From Anthoceros angustus (Eukaryota > Plantae > Anthocerotophyta): DNA of 64,000 nucleotides. The stretch lies in the NCBI GenBank assembly GCA_010909165.1, contig MU008184.1, positions 806,001 through 870,000 of the forward strand, written 5' to 3'. Of this stretch, positions 34,825-47,973 are shown piece by piece; positions within the stretch are counted from its first letter, which is position 1; every line of letters begins with the position of its first letter. The notes under the pieces were generated by a model. That model saw only the letters and a program-made list of their open reading frames with translations. It was not told the DNA's origin and did not search any database. A program made the translations under genes and the position numbers.

Positions 34825-37800
34825 ATGGTTGGTGATGGAGCCCTGGGGACAGAGCAAGGCAATTTCGCCGTTTGGTCGTCGTGGGTGCATCAGCATCCAA
34901 AGGAGGCACAGATGTATGGTTTCCGGCTTTTAAAGGCCTCGGAGTCGGGTTTGTTCTTCTCGGTGGCGGACATGCGGTTTCAATTAATTCTGCCGTCTCA
35001 CTTCTCCGATGGAGGTGACGAGGGGGATGGTTGCTTCGTCGCTATGAGCCCTGATGATTCCGCTGGGGAAGCATTCGTGACGCAGCTGAACGAGAAATTG
35101 GAGCGAATTCGATGTCGGTCGGATCCGGTAGGGGCTGTTCATCAGGTGCTGGACGTATTTGTTAAGATGTTGATGATCTCATCAGGCAAGAGAAAGAGAC
35201 CGAGATCAGGTGGTGAGGAAGAGGAGGACAGTGAGGAGGCCAGCAGTGGCTCCGAATTTCAGAGTGACTTTGGTGGTGAGGATTTTATGTCAGGGGATAA
35301 CGGGAGTGCACTGGCTGGGGACGACGATGGCGAGGACGATGAACATGAATTTGCCATGAAGGGCACCCCTGTAGACGTTTTGTCCTTCCTCGAGAGTGAG
35401 GACGCGGGCCCCAACTGTCGGGGTTATGCCGCTGCAGCACAGGAAGCCCGACGGATATGTGAAGCTGCTCGCGCAGGTTCAGTTGGTGGTAGCCCAGGGC
35501 AATCAGGAACCTGGCCTTCATTGGAAATGGATCAGGGCATGCTCAGGTACTGTGTAGTTTCCATATCCACTGATGCTGAAACCGTGCATCTGCGGCTGCA
35601 GGTGTCTGGACTATTTGATGACGCAGCTGTAGCTAGTGCTCTGGGACTGTCGTTCGATGCTACCTTGTGTATTTCACTGCAGTTTGACAGGCGCTTACTC
35701 CAAGTTGATTCTGTTCGGAGCCGGTCCCAGCCTCTCCTAGCACAACAGGTGCTGGTCAGACAGCTACAGCTATCAAAGCCTTCTCAGAGTACCGACGAAC
35801 CTGAAAGCCACATGAAGGAGTTTTACAAGGTTTACAAGAACGATGCTAGGGGTTCAGAGGGTGCACCAGGGTATGCAATGGCCGTGCTGCTGCCTGAGCT
35901 GGTGACAGTCTTCCTATCTCATCGTGCCCACAAAACAGCTACTGGGATTAGAGGCGAGCCACTGAAAAACGAGCAAATGAGGAAGTGTCTAGCTGGGTGT
36001 GCAGGCATGACGAATCCTTTCATTGGTCTTCTCTCTTTCATTGGATCCCAGTTGAGGGCACTGCCGACCTGGTGTCCAGTCTGCTGGTGTTCACTTCCTG
36101 CATCTATGTGGAGACTTCGAACTTGTTCAAAGGAGTTTTGCCTCTACAAATTTGAAGAACTTGGGCAAGGTTCGGCAATATTTCATGAGATTTTGGAATC
36201 CCCACAGGTGGTCGAGCTGGAATTGGCCCTAGCATATGGTGCAGCTGTCTCAGGGCGTGATGTGTTTGAGCCATTCCCAAACTCGTTTTTAGAAGCTAAC
36301 GAGCTGAGGGGACGGGCTGGTTGGTTCACCCGCACGGATGCTAATTCAAAGAGGCGAGAAAGTGAAGGAGTCAGGAACAAAGCAAGACAGGCTATTCAGT
36401 CATGGACTCCACTTCAGATATTGACTCCAAACAAAAACCTTCAGTTATCGACTAAAAACAAAAACCTTCAGTTATTGACTCAAATCCTTTTATCCCTCCC
36501 ACCTCTTGACGAGCTGAAGGAGTGCAGAGATGAAGCCTCTTTGAGGCGGAAGCTTGCACATTCTAGATATGCCGAGCATGTCTCATATGGCAAGGACGTA
36601 GAGAATCTAACGTCCAAGGACCTTAATCTCTCCTATGAATTGCTGAGATTCATTTTGTCAACGAACAGGGTATCCATTCGTGGGTTAGAGAAGTCTGAAA
36701 TGCTTCCTTTCGATAGTGACATGGTGACTCACCAATTTGTCGTGGTTCATGACTCCCCAGAGAAGGAAGAAACTTTTCAGAAGCTTCGACAAATGGCAGG
36801 GGGATCTTTCTTTGCTTTTCATGGGAGCAGCCCGTGTAACTGGTATTCGATACTGAGGAACGGGCTCAGATCCATGAGCAAGACAGCCTACATGTCTTCT
36901 GGTGATTCATATGGACAGGGTATTTATCTAGCTGACAACTTCGACTTGTCCTTTACTTATTCAACCCTTCGGATCCCGGATGATAAAGCTCTTCCATGGA
37001 AATTTGGGGGAACCTTGGAGTGGCCTTTCAGTGTGTTGGCTATTTGTGAAGTGGTGAACGGGAGTGCCCAACAGTTCTTGGAGAGGGGGATACATGTTGT
37101 GCCACCAACATCGCAAGATCATGTCTTAGTACGATACTTGCTCGTCTGCGCATTTTACAACAAGCAGACGATGGGATGCAGGATTACAGGCACCATGCTG
37201 AGTGCAACAGCAGCACAGACTGTTTCAGGAGCCGCACTGACTGTTTCAGGACTTTCAGGAGCCACTCTGGTAGCGCCAAGTAGGTCCATTCTGGGCTATT
37301 CAGATGGAGCAAGGAGAGTGGCAGATGTGGACTTGCTTGTTCATTTGCAAAATCTTAAGGTGGCTGATAGTGAAAAGCACAAGTTACAGCTGAAACAGCA
37401 ACGAGCAACTGCTCTGAAGATTTTGGAGGAAGACATTGCTCGCCTCATAGCTGAAAAATCATTCAGCAAGCTCAACGTAAGAGGACAGCTTGCAAAAGTG
37501 GCTGAAGACCAGAAAAGTCGAGAACGGTGAGGGAACTGCAATGGCAACTCAAGCCATCACCAAAGAACATAGGAACATCCTGAAAGAGATTCGCAAAGAG
37601 AAGTTGAAGGCTTCTTCATCTGGAGGTGCAGCTGCTTCGTTTCTGAGTAACGTCTCCATAGTGATTCCCGATGAGTCTAACTTTTATACTTGGCATGTTC
37701 GTCTGGATAAACAACTCTTCAAGGCCTATCCTTTATACAAGGACCTCAGTGATTGGGCTGGACGCAGGAAGGATGAGGAGGCCCATGTTTTGCTTGAAGT

Positions 37801-38098
37801 AACCTTTCCAGGTCGGTTTCCATTTCAACCGCCTTTCGTTCGCGTAGTTTATCCTAAATTTGCTTTCCACACAGGACATGTAACAGTTGGTGGAAGTATC
37901 TGCATGGAGCTCCTCACAGAGAGTGGATGGAATCCTGCTTTTCTTTTGAGATAGTGTTAGTGCAGATTGTCAATGCCCTCATTGAAGGGGAGGTAGGATT
38001 GACAAGGCTGCAATGGGTCAGTCTACTCGGCCGCAGAGGCGAAGACGGCATTTGAACGTGTTGCTGGTCAGCATGGTTGGAAGATAAGTAGCACATAG
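34825..38098 (+). CDS. Intronless PARP6/8-like mono-ADP-ribosyltransferase fused to a C-terminal UBE2Q-like E2 domain
   Basis: C4 finger WCPVC..RTCSKEFC; FEPFP; FAFHGSSPCNWYSILRNGL; YGQGIYLA; GIHVVP (H-Y-I type triad); E2 FPFQPPFVRVVYP..GHVTVGGSICMELL. Frameshifts at ~37515-37530 and ~37940 are absent from the duplicate copy. Confidence 0.9.
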
Positions 38099-40541
38099 TG
38101 GACTTGGTGGTTGAGCCGACATGTTTCGGCGGATGAAGCTCGAAGAGGCTCTCTTTGGCCAGCTGTTCGGTCTCCGGCCTGGAATTGCTGTTGGATTCTT
38201 TTTATCTAGCCTTACCACGGTACGGCAGTGGAAACTCAAGAGCTCTATGACGACAGCAACCTTTCCATGGCAGTACCTTGACTCTGGAATCTACAATCCT
38301 CCCTCCTCCTAAATCCTGCAAAATAGAGAGGAAATTCTGAATGGTGGCCATTTGGGTGCTTCTTAGTTCTGGGATGATAACCGATTGTAGAACTTGAATT
38401 AAGCTAGGTTTCCCTTTAAAGCAAGCTGTTTGTCAGCTGTACCATGGCTTGGTTGAGGAGAAGGTGGCTTGGCTGAGGAGAAGGTAGAAGTATGGCCCCT
38501 ACTTCCATGGAGCAGGAAATTTCTTGAGTCCAGCGAGGCGGATTAGTGCTAAGATTGGTTCTGACCTAGATCCTTGATCTTCCTTTCAAGACTCACATGC
38601 TTACATAAAGAGTGGAGAGTCGAGATTTCATGCTTTTCAATCAAAGAAACTTTTCAGAAGCTTCGACAAATGGCAGGGGGATCTTTCTTTGCTTTTCATG
38701 GGAGCAGCCCGTGTAACTGGTATTCGATACTGAGGAACGGGCTCAGATCCATGAGCAAGACAGCCTACATGTCTTCTGGTGATTCATATGGACAGGGTAT
38801 TTATCTAGCTGACAACTTCGACTTGTCCTTTACTTATTCAACCCTTCGGATCCCGGATGATAAAGCTCTTCCATGGAAATTTGGGGGAACCTTGGAGTGG
38901 CCTTTCAGTGTGTTGGCTATTTGTGAAGTGGTGAACGGAGTGCCCAACAGTTCTTGGAGAGGGGATACATGTTGTGCCACCAACATCGCAAGATCATGTC
39001 TTAGTACGACGATACTTGCCTGCGCATTTTACAACAAGGCGATGGGATGCAGGATTACAGGCACCATGCTGAGTGCAACAGCAGCACAGACTGTTTCAGG
39101 AGCCGCACTGACTGTTTCAGGACTTTCAGGAGCCACTCTGGTAGCGCCAAGTAGGTCCATTCTGGGCTATTCAGATGGAGCAAGGAGAGTGGCAGATGTG
39201 GACTTGCTTGTTCATTTGCAAAATCTTAAGGTGGCTGATAGTGAAAAGCACAAGTTACAGCTGAAACAGCAACGAGCAACTGCTCTGAAGATTTTGGAGG
39301 AAGACATTGCTCGCCTCATAGCTGAAAAATCATTCAGCAAGCTCAACGTAAGAGGACAGCTTGCAAAAGTGGCTGAAGACCAGAAAAAGTCGAGAACGGG
39401 TGAGGGAACTGCAATGGCAACTCAAGCCATCACCAAAGAACATAGGAACATCCTGAAAGAGATTCGCAAAGAGAAGTTGAAGGCTTCTTCATCTGGAGGT
39501 GCAGCTGCTTCGTTTCTGAGTAACGTCTCCATAGTGATTCCCGATGAGTCTAACTTTTATACTTGGCATGTTCGTCTGGATAAACAACTCTTCAAGGCCT
39601 ATCCTTTATACAAGGACCTCAGTGATTGGGCTGGACGCAGGAAGGATGAGGAGGCCCATGTTTTGCTTGAAGTAACCTTTCCAGGTCGGTTTCCATTTCA
39701 ACCGCCTTTCGTTCGCGTAGTTTATCCTAAATTTGCTTTCCACACAGGACATGTAACAGTTGGTGGAAGTATCTGCATGGAGCTCCTCACAGAGAGTGGA
39801 TGGAATCCTGCTTTTTCTTTTGAGATAGTGTTAGTGCAGATTGTCAATGCCCTCATTGAAGGGGGAGGTAGGATTGACAAGGCTGCAATGGGTCAGTCCT
39901 ACTCGGCCGCAGAGGCGAAGACGGCATTTGAACGTGTTGCTGGTCAGCATGGTTGGAAGATAAGTAGCACATAGTGGACTTGGTGGTTGAGCCGACATGT
40001 TTCGGCGGATGAAGCTCGAAGAGGCTCTCTTTGGCCAGCTGTTCGGTCTCCGGCCTGGAATTGCTGTTGGATTCTTTTTATCTAGCCTTACCACGGTACG
40101 GCAGTGGAAACTCAAGAGCTCTATGACGACAGCAACCTTTCCATGGCAGTACCTTGACTCTGGAATCTACAATCCTCCCTCCTCCTAAATCCTGCAAAAT
40201 AGAGAGGAAATTCTGAATGGTGGCCATTTGGGTGCTTCTTAGTTCTGGGATGATAACCGATTGTAGAACTTGAATTAAGCTAGGTTTCCCTTTAAAGCAA
40301 GCTGTTTGTCAGCTGTACCATGGCTTGGTTGAGGAGAAGGTGGCTTGGCTGAGGAGAAGGTAGAAGTATGGCCCCCTACTTCCGCATGGAGCAGGAAATT
40401 TCTTGAGTCCAGCGAGAGCGGATTAGTGCTAAGATTGGTTCTGACCTAGATCCTTGATCTTCCTTTCAAGACTCACATGCTTACATAAAGAGTGGAGAGT
40501 CGAGATTTCATGCTTTCAATCAAAGAAACTTTTTACAGAAG
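36767..40541 (+). repeat. ~1.88-kb tandem duplication of the 3' half of the PARP-E2 gene and its 3' flank
   Basis: AAGAAACTTTT microhomology at 36767, 38644 and 40523. The copies differ by small complementary indels. Confidence 0.95.
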
Positions 40542-40694
40542 TTTCAAGGGTCTGTCTTGCTCGAGCGAGCCTCAGCAGTGGACAAAACTTACTCCCCCCC
40601 CGCTACCATCAGATATTAAACTCTGTTCTGTTCATAGTATGCCTACAGGCTGAGCACTCGTTTGGACAGTGAAGTCCTTCTCGACTAAAAGCTC

Positions 40695-42344
40695 TCAAAC
40701 CTTGAGGAAGCTGCTCCCGAAGGCAGGCTTTCTCTGGCGCCCTTGGCCAGCAGTAGGCAGCAAAAGAGCCTCCCGCTCCCGCCGATTCTCTCTAGCTTCT
40801 CGTACTCCACATCAATGTTGAAAGCTGCTGCAGCCATGTCTTCCGGGAGCCTCCTCAACACGGAGGTCCTGCCTGCCAGAGCCTCAACAAGGGGCCTGCA
40901 AATACAGACGTTCAGTCAGACGATGGGATCACAGACCATCAAGTTCACATCCTTCTGCTAGCTAAGCAGACTTGTAAAATACGCACTGGTCGGTGGTGTA
41001 GAAGCTGATCCATTCCAAGCCCTCTTCGCCAGCCTGAACGCCGTGGGCATGGAAACGGGGAACCACGTATGCGTCACCTTCCCTCACTTCCCTATCCACA
41101 AGCTGCTCCCCGTTGTTGCTGACGATCTGCAGATTAGCGCTGCCCCTCAGGATGTGCACGATCTCATGTCCTGTGGGCGACCACTGGGGAGCCACAATCG
41201 CGTTCTGCAACAGCCCACAAGACACGATATCTTCTCATGAGGCAGCAGAGAGGTCGAGAGTGCCGGCTGATCAAAGAGTTGGAAAACGTTCATGGCTGGG
41301 TTGTGAGATTGTACGCTCTCGAGATGGCCGTATGTCAGGCCCAGGTCGACAGCCTTGAGGATAGGCAGCTTGAACCTGTTCACGCTGTTGTAGAAACCAG
41401 CATCGCGGACGCGAACGTCAGCGGATCCGTTAGCAAGGCACGCACGGAGATCGGGGTCGGCCCGCTCGGCAGATCGGGAGTAGCTTCGCTGCTCTCCCCT
41501 GTTCGCCGATTCCGGGAGCCTGATTTCACGCTCCACCCGCACAATGCCAGCGCCCCTCTGGCTCTCCAAGAGCTCGTCCACTCGGCTCTCGTCCAGGTCC
41601 CACGCATCAGCCAGGAATTCCCTCCTGAAGCCGTGGAGGATTCCTCTGGATTCCTCCTGCCCACGTTCCCCCCGCCCATGTTCCCATTCCCGTTCCCGCC
41701 TCCTTCCCCGCCTGCTCTCGCCGCTTCCGCCGCCAATCAGATTGAACGCCTGCAACGATCGGGCGTCAGTCTTGGATGGGGATTCATTCGCACTGAATTT
41801 GCTGCGCACGCCTTCAGGCTTGCGCCCACTTACAGTGTAATCAGCGTCCTGTGAAGCAGATGTATCTGCGAAGCCCAGGATGCGGAGTTCGTGGTTGCCA
41901 CTGTTGTCGGGGGAAGGCAACGAATTCGCCGCGCCTCACACGGCGAACTCCAGATGACTCACCCAAGGAGTAGCCGCTCAGAATCCCCACAATGCCCTCT
42001 CCTGCGCCAGCAATGACAGTTGCAAGCAGCGTTCATCTCGCCTGATCATGCATCACATTACGACAGACTGTCCAGATTGAAACTTGACACTCACCTTCCT
42101 CAACGTAGCCGATGGCAGCGGAATCAGAGTACTGGGGCAGAAGCAGGCCACGCTGGCTGAGAGTGATCCTGGCTCCTGCAACATTGGCGTCTCTCAGGGC
42201 CCGGACATCCCACTGTTCGAGCCGTCCTCCATCTGTCCGGAGGATCTCTTGCGGCTCTCCGAGATGGAGGTCCTCACGCTCGGCGTTGGCGAAGGATGCA
42301 ACCAGGAGCAGGCCCAAGGCTAAAGCCAAAGCTGAGCGACCCAT
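40695..42344 (-). CDS. Secreted 11S-globulin/legumin-like bicupin storage protein, spliced
   Basis: Signal peptide MGRSALALALGLLLVASFANA; RGLLLPQYSDS; GILHGFRREFLADAW; VNRFKLPILKAVDL; NAIVAPQWS; VREGDAYVVPRF; LAGRTSVLRRLPED. Confidence 0.9.
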
Positions 42345-42446
42345 GGTGGACAGTGCAGGTTGGAATGCTGGATGAAGGAAGCAGCAGAGGCGAGCTCGAG
42401 CATTTGTACTGGTGGATGGCAGAGGCGGAAATGGCGAATGTATCAA

Positions 42447-42536
42447 CATGCAGTCTCACTTGGGCAGCACTGCCAGTTCACCTCTCTCGGATCCGTTCCA
42501 AGTTCCAAGAGTCGTTTTTGAGAACTCCTTCATGCA
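42447..42536. promoter_or_regulatory. Two RY (CATGCA) motifs upstream of the storage-protein gene
   Basis: CATGCA at 42447-42452 and 42531-42536, about 100 and 190 bp upstream of the ATG. The motif is short and could occur by chance. Confidence 0.4.
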
Positions 42537-43183
42537 CCTGCTCAATGCCTGCATCTGTCTCGATCTTCACCGTTTCCGAGTTCCATAACACGAATTTCCT
42601 CCCAGCACAAAATGCTGCCCCGAGACCAAACAAAGGCAAACGCAAACGAGGTTTTCTGACCATTTAGGTTTCCAACTGAATCTGTGGACTTCTCGTTTCA
42701 GATATCATCAAATGGGCCTGGACCTGGACGAGGAATTTGGCCATTCTTCAAGTAGAGGGGATGGGTGTCCCGAACGGGCCACCTGCCGACAATCGCTGCA
42801 ATCGATAGGGATAAAATGTTTCTTGGCCCGCAAGAATGCCTTGCTCAGACCTTCTGCACTAAAGTGATTTGCAGGCGGGGAGAAACAATTGCTTCAAGAC
42901 TGCTTTGCAAGACACCACAAATTTCAGTTGCTGGACTTCCAACTTGGAAGTCATTTTGACCCTGCCCCGGCCTCGGTCGTGCAAAAAATAGTTGGGGACC
43001 GGCGGTCGTCGAAGTTGCCGGTCCGGATCCCGGTTCGCCATTCTTCCTGGGGACGGACCGAGACCGACGGTCCCGGAAAGTGCTGGTTCAAATTGAACTT
43101 ATGAATCATATTATGAGTTATGATCATTACGGGTTTAAAAAAAACTATATTAATTATAAATTATATAAATTATAGAGTGGTAG

Positions 43184-44234
43184 AGTAACACCCCTTTTCA
43201 GGGGGGTAAGACAGTCATGCAGTTAGCGACAAAAATATCACCAGACATAGCACTAGGCCTCTAAGTAGCCCGCCGTCGACAAAAATATCACGGACACTAG
43301 GCCTCTAGTAGCCGCCGTCCTTCCACGGGGCGACTCGCGATTAATCGTCACACTGCTGTTTATTCCAGCAAGAGTCAACAAGAATACATGAGAGATCAGA
43401 GAGAGCTCCCCATCTTTGCCTAAGCTAGGAGCTTAGCTCTCTCTTCTCGATCTCCTCCTCAACAGCTCTCCTCTAGCACGCTCACACTCTAGGCTCCCAA
43501 GGCCTCTCTCTTCTCGATCTCCTCCTCAACAGCTCTCCTCTAGCACGCTCACACTCTAGGCTCCCAAGGCCTCTAGGCACCACAGTCCTATCCTCACACT
43601 CTAGGCTCCCAAGGCCTCTAGGCACCACAGTCTTATCCTCACACTCTAGGCTCCCAAGGCCTCTAGGCACCACAGTCCTCTAGGCACCACAGTCCTATCC
43701 TCACAAGAGTGTAGCTCCCGAGTGCTAGGATCCTTCTAGACATGCTCACACTCTAGGCTCCCAAGGCCTCTAGGCACCAAAGTCCTATCCTCAAGAGTGT
43801 AGCTCCCCATGCTAGGATTACAAGATGCCTCTCTAGGGCTAGCCTCATCTCCTTTTTATAGGGAGGCTTACATTATTTCCAAAGTAACTGCTTAAAGCAG
43901 ACTTTCTTCCTTAAGCCCTAAACTAAATCTTACCACCACTACTTACAACTTACTAACTAGATCCAGGGCTGCATGCTTCTCATGCAAGGCCTCCTACTGG
44001 TGGTCCATATTAGAACTTATTAGGTGAGGTTTCAACGCTAAGTCTTACCACCACTACTTACAACTTACTAACTAGATCTAGGTGGTCCATATTAGAACTT
44101 ATTAGGTGAGGTTTCAACGCTAAGTCTTACCACCACTACTTACAACTTACTAACTAGATCCAGGGCTGCATGTTTCTCATGCAAGGCCTCTTACTGGTGG
44201 TCCATATTAGAACTTATTAGGTGAGGTTTCAACA
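43184..44234 (-). mobile_element. Solo LTR with internal tandem repeats
   Basis: Minus strand runs TGTTGAAACC...GGGGTGTTACT with TATA and AATAAA signals, a ~42-bp array (TCCTCACACTCTAGGCTCCCAAGGCCTCTAGGCACCACAG) and longer repeats. Shares GGCGGGCTACTT..GCCTAGTG with the LTR at 52.4-52.9 kb. No TSD found. Confidence 0.7.
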
Positions 44235-44752
44235 CAAACCGAGAGTCCCGAAAAGTGCCGGTCCCTGTCCCGTGGAAAACCGAGGGTGGGTGGAAAACGC
44301 CAGTCCCCGGGACCGAGAGAGTAGCCGGTCAAAATGAAGCCCTGCTTCGAAGGCCTAGGCATATTTCCTTCGGACACCATGCTTTCCTTCCCTTACAGAC
44401 GCTTGAGAGGATGAGATGAGCATTTTTCCTCGAAGTCATTCCTTGCGAAATGCCTGAGAGCACCAACTGCAAATGCAGAGCATCTTGACAGCTGAATGCG
44501 ATGGGGGATGGATGAAGCAGAGCACCACCGCAAACACAGCGGGAGGAGCGACCAAGACTAGGGGCACGGTTCTCTAACCATTCTTTTGCTAAACACTTCG
44601 TCCTAAGGGATGACATCGATTTGGCAACCATGTTAGACTATGTTCCAATTTGTTCCTTTGTTACTCTTCAAGGTGGTGTGGTAATGCACAGTACGTAGGC
44701 ATCCTGCCATGGTTTGTTGTGCGCCTCATCTTCCGACCGCGGTCCCCGTACG

Positions 44753-47554
44753 ATGGCCACAGTATGGCAGCCGGACCCGTTGTGGACCCAACAAATTGGT
44801 GTGTGCACAGGGCTTCTACGAGGACCTCCGGCTCACCTGACCCCAAGCGTCAGGGGTCAAGCCTTGGCGAACAACCAAGTCTCCAGTTGCAGCAGTGTAA
44901 GGAGCCCAGCACTTCCACTTCCGATAAAATGTGTGGGTGGGGACGGATTTTCCAGCGATGGTCGTCGCCAGGAGCAGGAGCACTTGTGGCAACAATTGTT
45001 TCTGGACCCTACCATGTGGTGGGACAACAGACGAGATAAGAAGAGCTCCCGTTCGCCTGACTTCCGGCGTAAGGGGTCCGGCGAGGTCCTGTGGTTAAGC
45101 AGCATGTTCAAGCCAGCTTGGGTGGATGACCAGCTCGTTGCTTTGGATATGCAGATGGGTCATGGTGCCTGTCCTTGCAAATCGAGCTCTCGGGACATGC
45201 CTCAACCTGGCAGGGGTGCGGGATCGGAAATGGGCGTCGTAACGGCTATAACTGTGAGCACGTTATGTCAGCAGAAGAAGCTTTCTGAGGCCGTTGGAGC
45301 CCTGGAATCTCTGGCGCAGACAGACTCTGCCATTTCTCAGTCTTTGTTTTATACTGTGCTGAAACTCTGTGCAGATAGGAAGGATCTGGTTGTGGGGCGG
45401 CGAGTTCATGACCTCACTGTCACACTCGGATACGATTCGGATGCATACTTGGGGAACCATCTCTTGCGCATGTATGTGTGTGGAGGTGGGCTACAAGAGG
45501 CCATGGATGTGTTCACCAGGGTAGGCAAACCCGATGCCTTCATGTGGGGTTCCATAATCTCCGCCTATGCTAAACATGGGAAATCGAAGGAGGCCATACA
45601 ACTTTACCATGAGATGTGTAGGTCAGGAGTGAAGGCAGATAATCACGTCTTTGTAGCTGCCCTTCAAGCTTGTGCATTTGCCGGCGACTTGGAATCTGGG
45701 AGAAAAGTGCACTTTGATGTGTTGCACAGTGGCATTCCTCCCAACCTGTTTGTTGGAAACTGTCTGGTGGACATGTATGCAAAATGTGGCCAACTGGACG
45801 ATGCACGCCAGGTTTTTGACAGCATGCCACAAAGGATGTGGTGACATGGAATGCCCTGATATGGGTATGCAAAATGTGGAACTGAAGATGCACGCCAGGT
45901 TTTTGACAGCAGCCACAAAAATGTGGTGACATGGAATGCCCTGATTGCTGGGTATACAGCAAGGCTTTCAGCGCTTGTTCTATGGACAAATGGAGCAGGA
46001 GGGCCTGATTTTGGCTAACCATGTTACTTTTGCTTGCCTTCTGAAGGCCTGTGCAAGCACTGGTGCCTTACAGAAGGGCAGGCAGCTGCACTCACAGATT
46101 GTGGAAGAGGACTGCTGGATAACTGGTGGGCACCTGCCTGGTGGACATGTATGCAAAATGGCAACTGCCTGGTGGACATGTATGCAAAATGTGGAACTGA
46201 AGATGCACGCCAGGTTTTTGACAGCTTGCCCACAAAGGATGTGGTGACATGGACGGCCCTTATAGGTGGGTATGCAAAATGTGGCGAACTGGACGGTGCA
46301 CGCCAGGTTTTTGACAGCTTGGCCACAAAAAATGTGGTGACATGGAATGCCCTGATTGCTGGGTATACACAGCAAGGGCTTGGTCAGGAGGCGCTTCTAC
46401 TCTATGGACGAATGGAGCAGGAGGGCCTGATTTTGGCTAACCATGTTACTTTTGCTTGCCTTCTGAAGGCTTGTGCAAGCACTGGTGCCTTACAGAGAGG
46501 CAGGCAGCTGCACTCACAGATTGTGGAAAGAGGGCTGCTACATCACCCACTGGTGGGGACCTGCCTGGTGGACATGTATGCAAAATGTGGCGAATTGGAA
46601 GATGCACGCCGGATTTTTGACAGCTTGCGCACAAAGGATGTGGTGACATGGAATGCCCTGATATCTGGGTATGGTACTTGTGACGAAGGTCACAGAGCAC
46701 TAGCTTGTTTTGAGGAGATGTTAGTTGCGGGTATTCAGCCTGATGATGCTACGTTTACCTCCCTTTTGGTAGCATGCAGCCATGAGGGATTGGTGCATGA
46801 GGGTCGCAAGCACTTCAATTCCATGGCTGAACAGCATGGCTTGAAACCTACGACTGAGCATTATAATTGCATGGTTGACCTTCTTGGGCGTGCAGGCCAT
46901 TTAGACGAGGCTGAGAACATGCTCTTATCATGTGAGGGCCAAAGTAATGTTGTGGGATTGACGTCTTTGCTGAATGCGTGCAAAAGTCACGGGGATGTAG
47001 AGAGGGCGATGCGGTGTTTTGAAAGCCTTGTTAGACTGGACCCTCAGCGAGCGTCCGCATATGTCCTCATGGCCAGTGCCTATGCAGATGCAGGTAGGTG
47101 GACCGACGTAGAGAGGATTGAAGCACAGAGAATGGTAGCAAGAGCTAGTAAGAAACCTGCAGTGGCAACCATTGAGGTGAAGAAGCAGGTACATACATTT
47201 TTGGTGGGAGAAAGAAGAGATGATATTGCGCTTAAGGTAGAGAGCACGAATGCACGTCTCAAGCAGGAAGGAGGCCACGTACCCCACACAAAGTTGGTGT
47301 TGAAGCCACTGTCTGAAAAGGAAAAGGAAGACGTGCTTTGCGGGCATGCTGAGAAGCTAGCTCTGGCGTTTGGTCTTTTGAACACTCCGAGTGGCACCCC
47401 TCTGGTGGTAACAAAGAATCTACGCATGTGCAGTGACTGTCACAGTTCCACGGAGATCATGTCAAGGCTTGAAAAGAGAGATATTGTTGTAAAGGATGGC
47501 TACCGTGTGCATCGATTTGCAGCTGGTTGTTGCAGTTGTAAAGGTCGACCGTGA
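44753..47554 (+). CDS. PDF-PLS-DYW:KP (GRP-type) PPR protein, candidate U-to-C editing factor; frameshifts at ~45.83-46.2 kb
   Basis: KKPAVATIEV in place of the PG box, short gating region, HAEKLA, NLRMCSDCH, C-terminal CSCKGRP; N-terminal WWDNR..PDF motif. Confidence 0.88.
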
Positions 47555-47973
47555 TAATGACGAAGAATTAGCCAGTGCTTATGTGTGGACGCCGGAATAT
47601 TGCTTTCTTCTGACCGTTGAACGTGCTTGCCTAACTCCATACCTCTTCAGACTCAAACGAGCTGTCGTTATCACCTGTATGTTATGTCACCTACTTTTGC
47701 TAGGTGTATCTTATCGAGGAGAGAGTGATCTTATGTACAGAAAGAGGTTGGCACCTAGAGGCAGTCTTCGGGAGTAGAACATGAACCTCCACCACTTCGA
47801 ATTAATTTCAGTAATCCCACTCCTCCTGAATGTGTGTAAAAGCTTGTGCATTGTCCTTGCGAAGGGTGATGTCGACTCTTCACGTTTCGTTTGTCATTCA
47901 CGGTTCCTAGGCATTCCGCTGCGGTCTGCACTAGTTGTCGTGCGTCTCATGTTCCGAAAGCGGTGCCTGAAAG

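Noticed and set aside
38574-39974. A separate second PARP-E2 gene
   Set aside because: It starts at a non-ATG codon in 3' flank sequence and is only the duplicated 3' half, possibly an assembly artefact.
43420-43800. Regular short repeats resembling a CRISPR array
   Set aside because: Contiguous tandem units with no unique spacers, inside an LTR of a eukaryotic genome; no cas genes.
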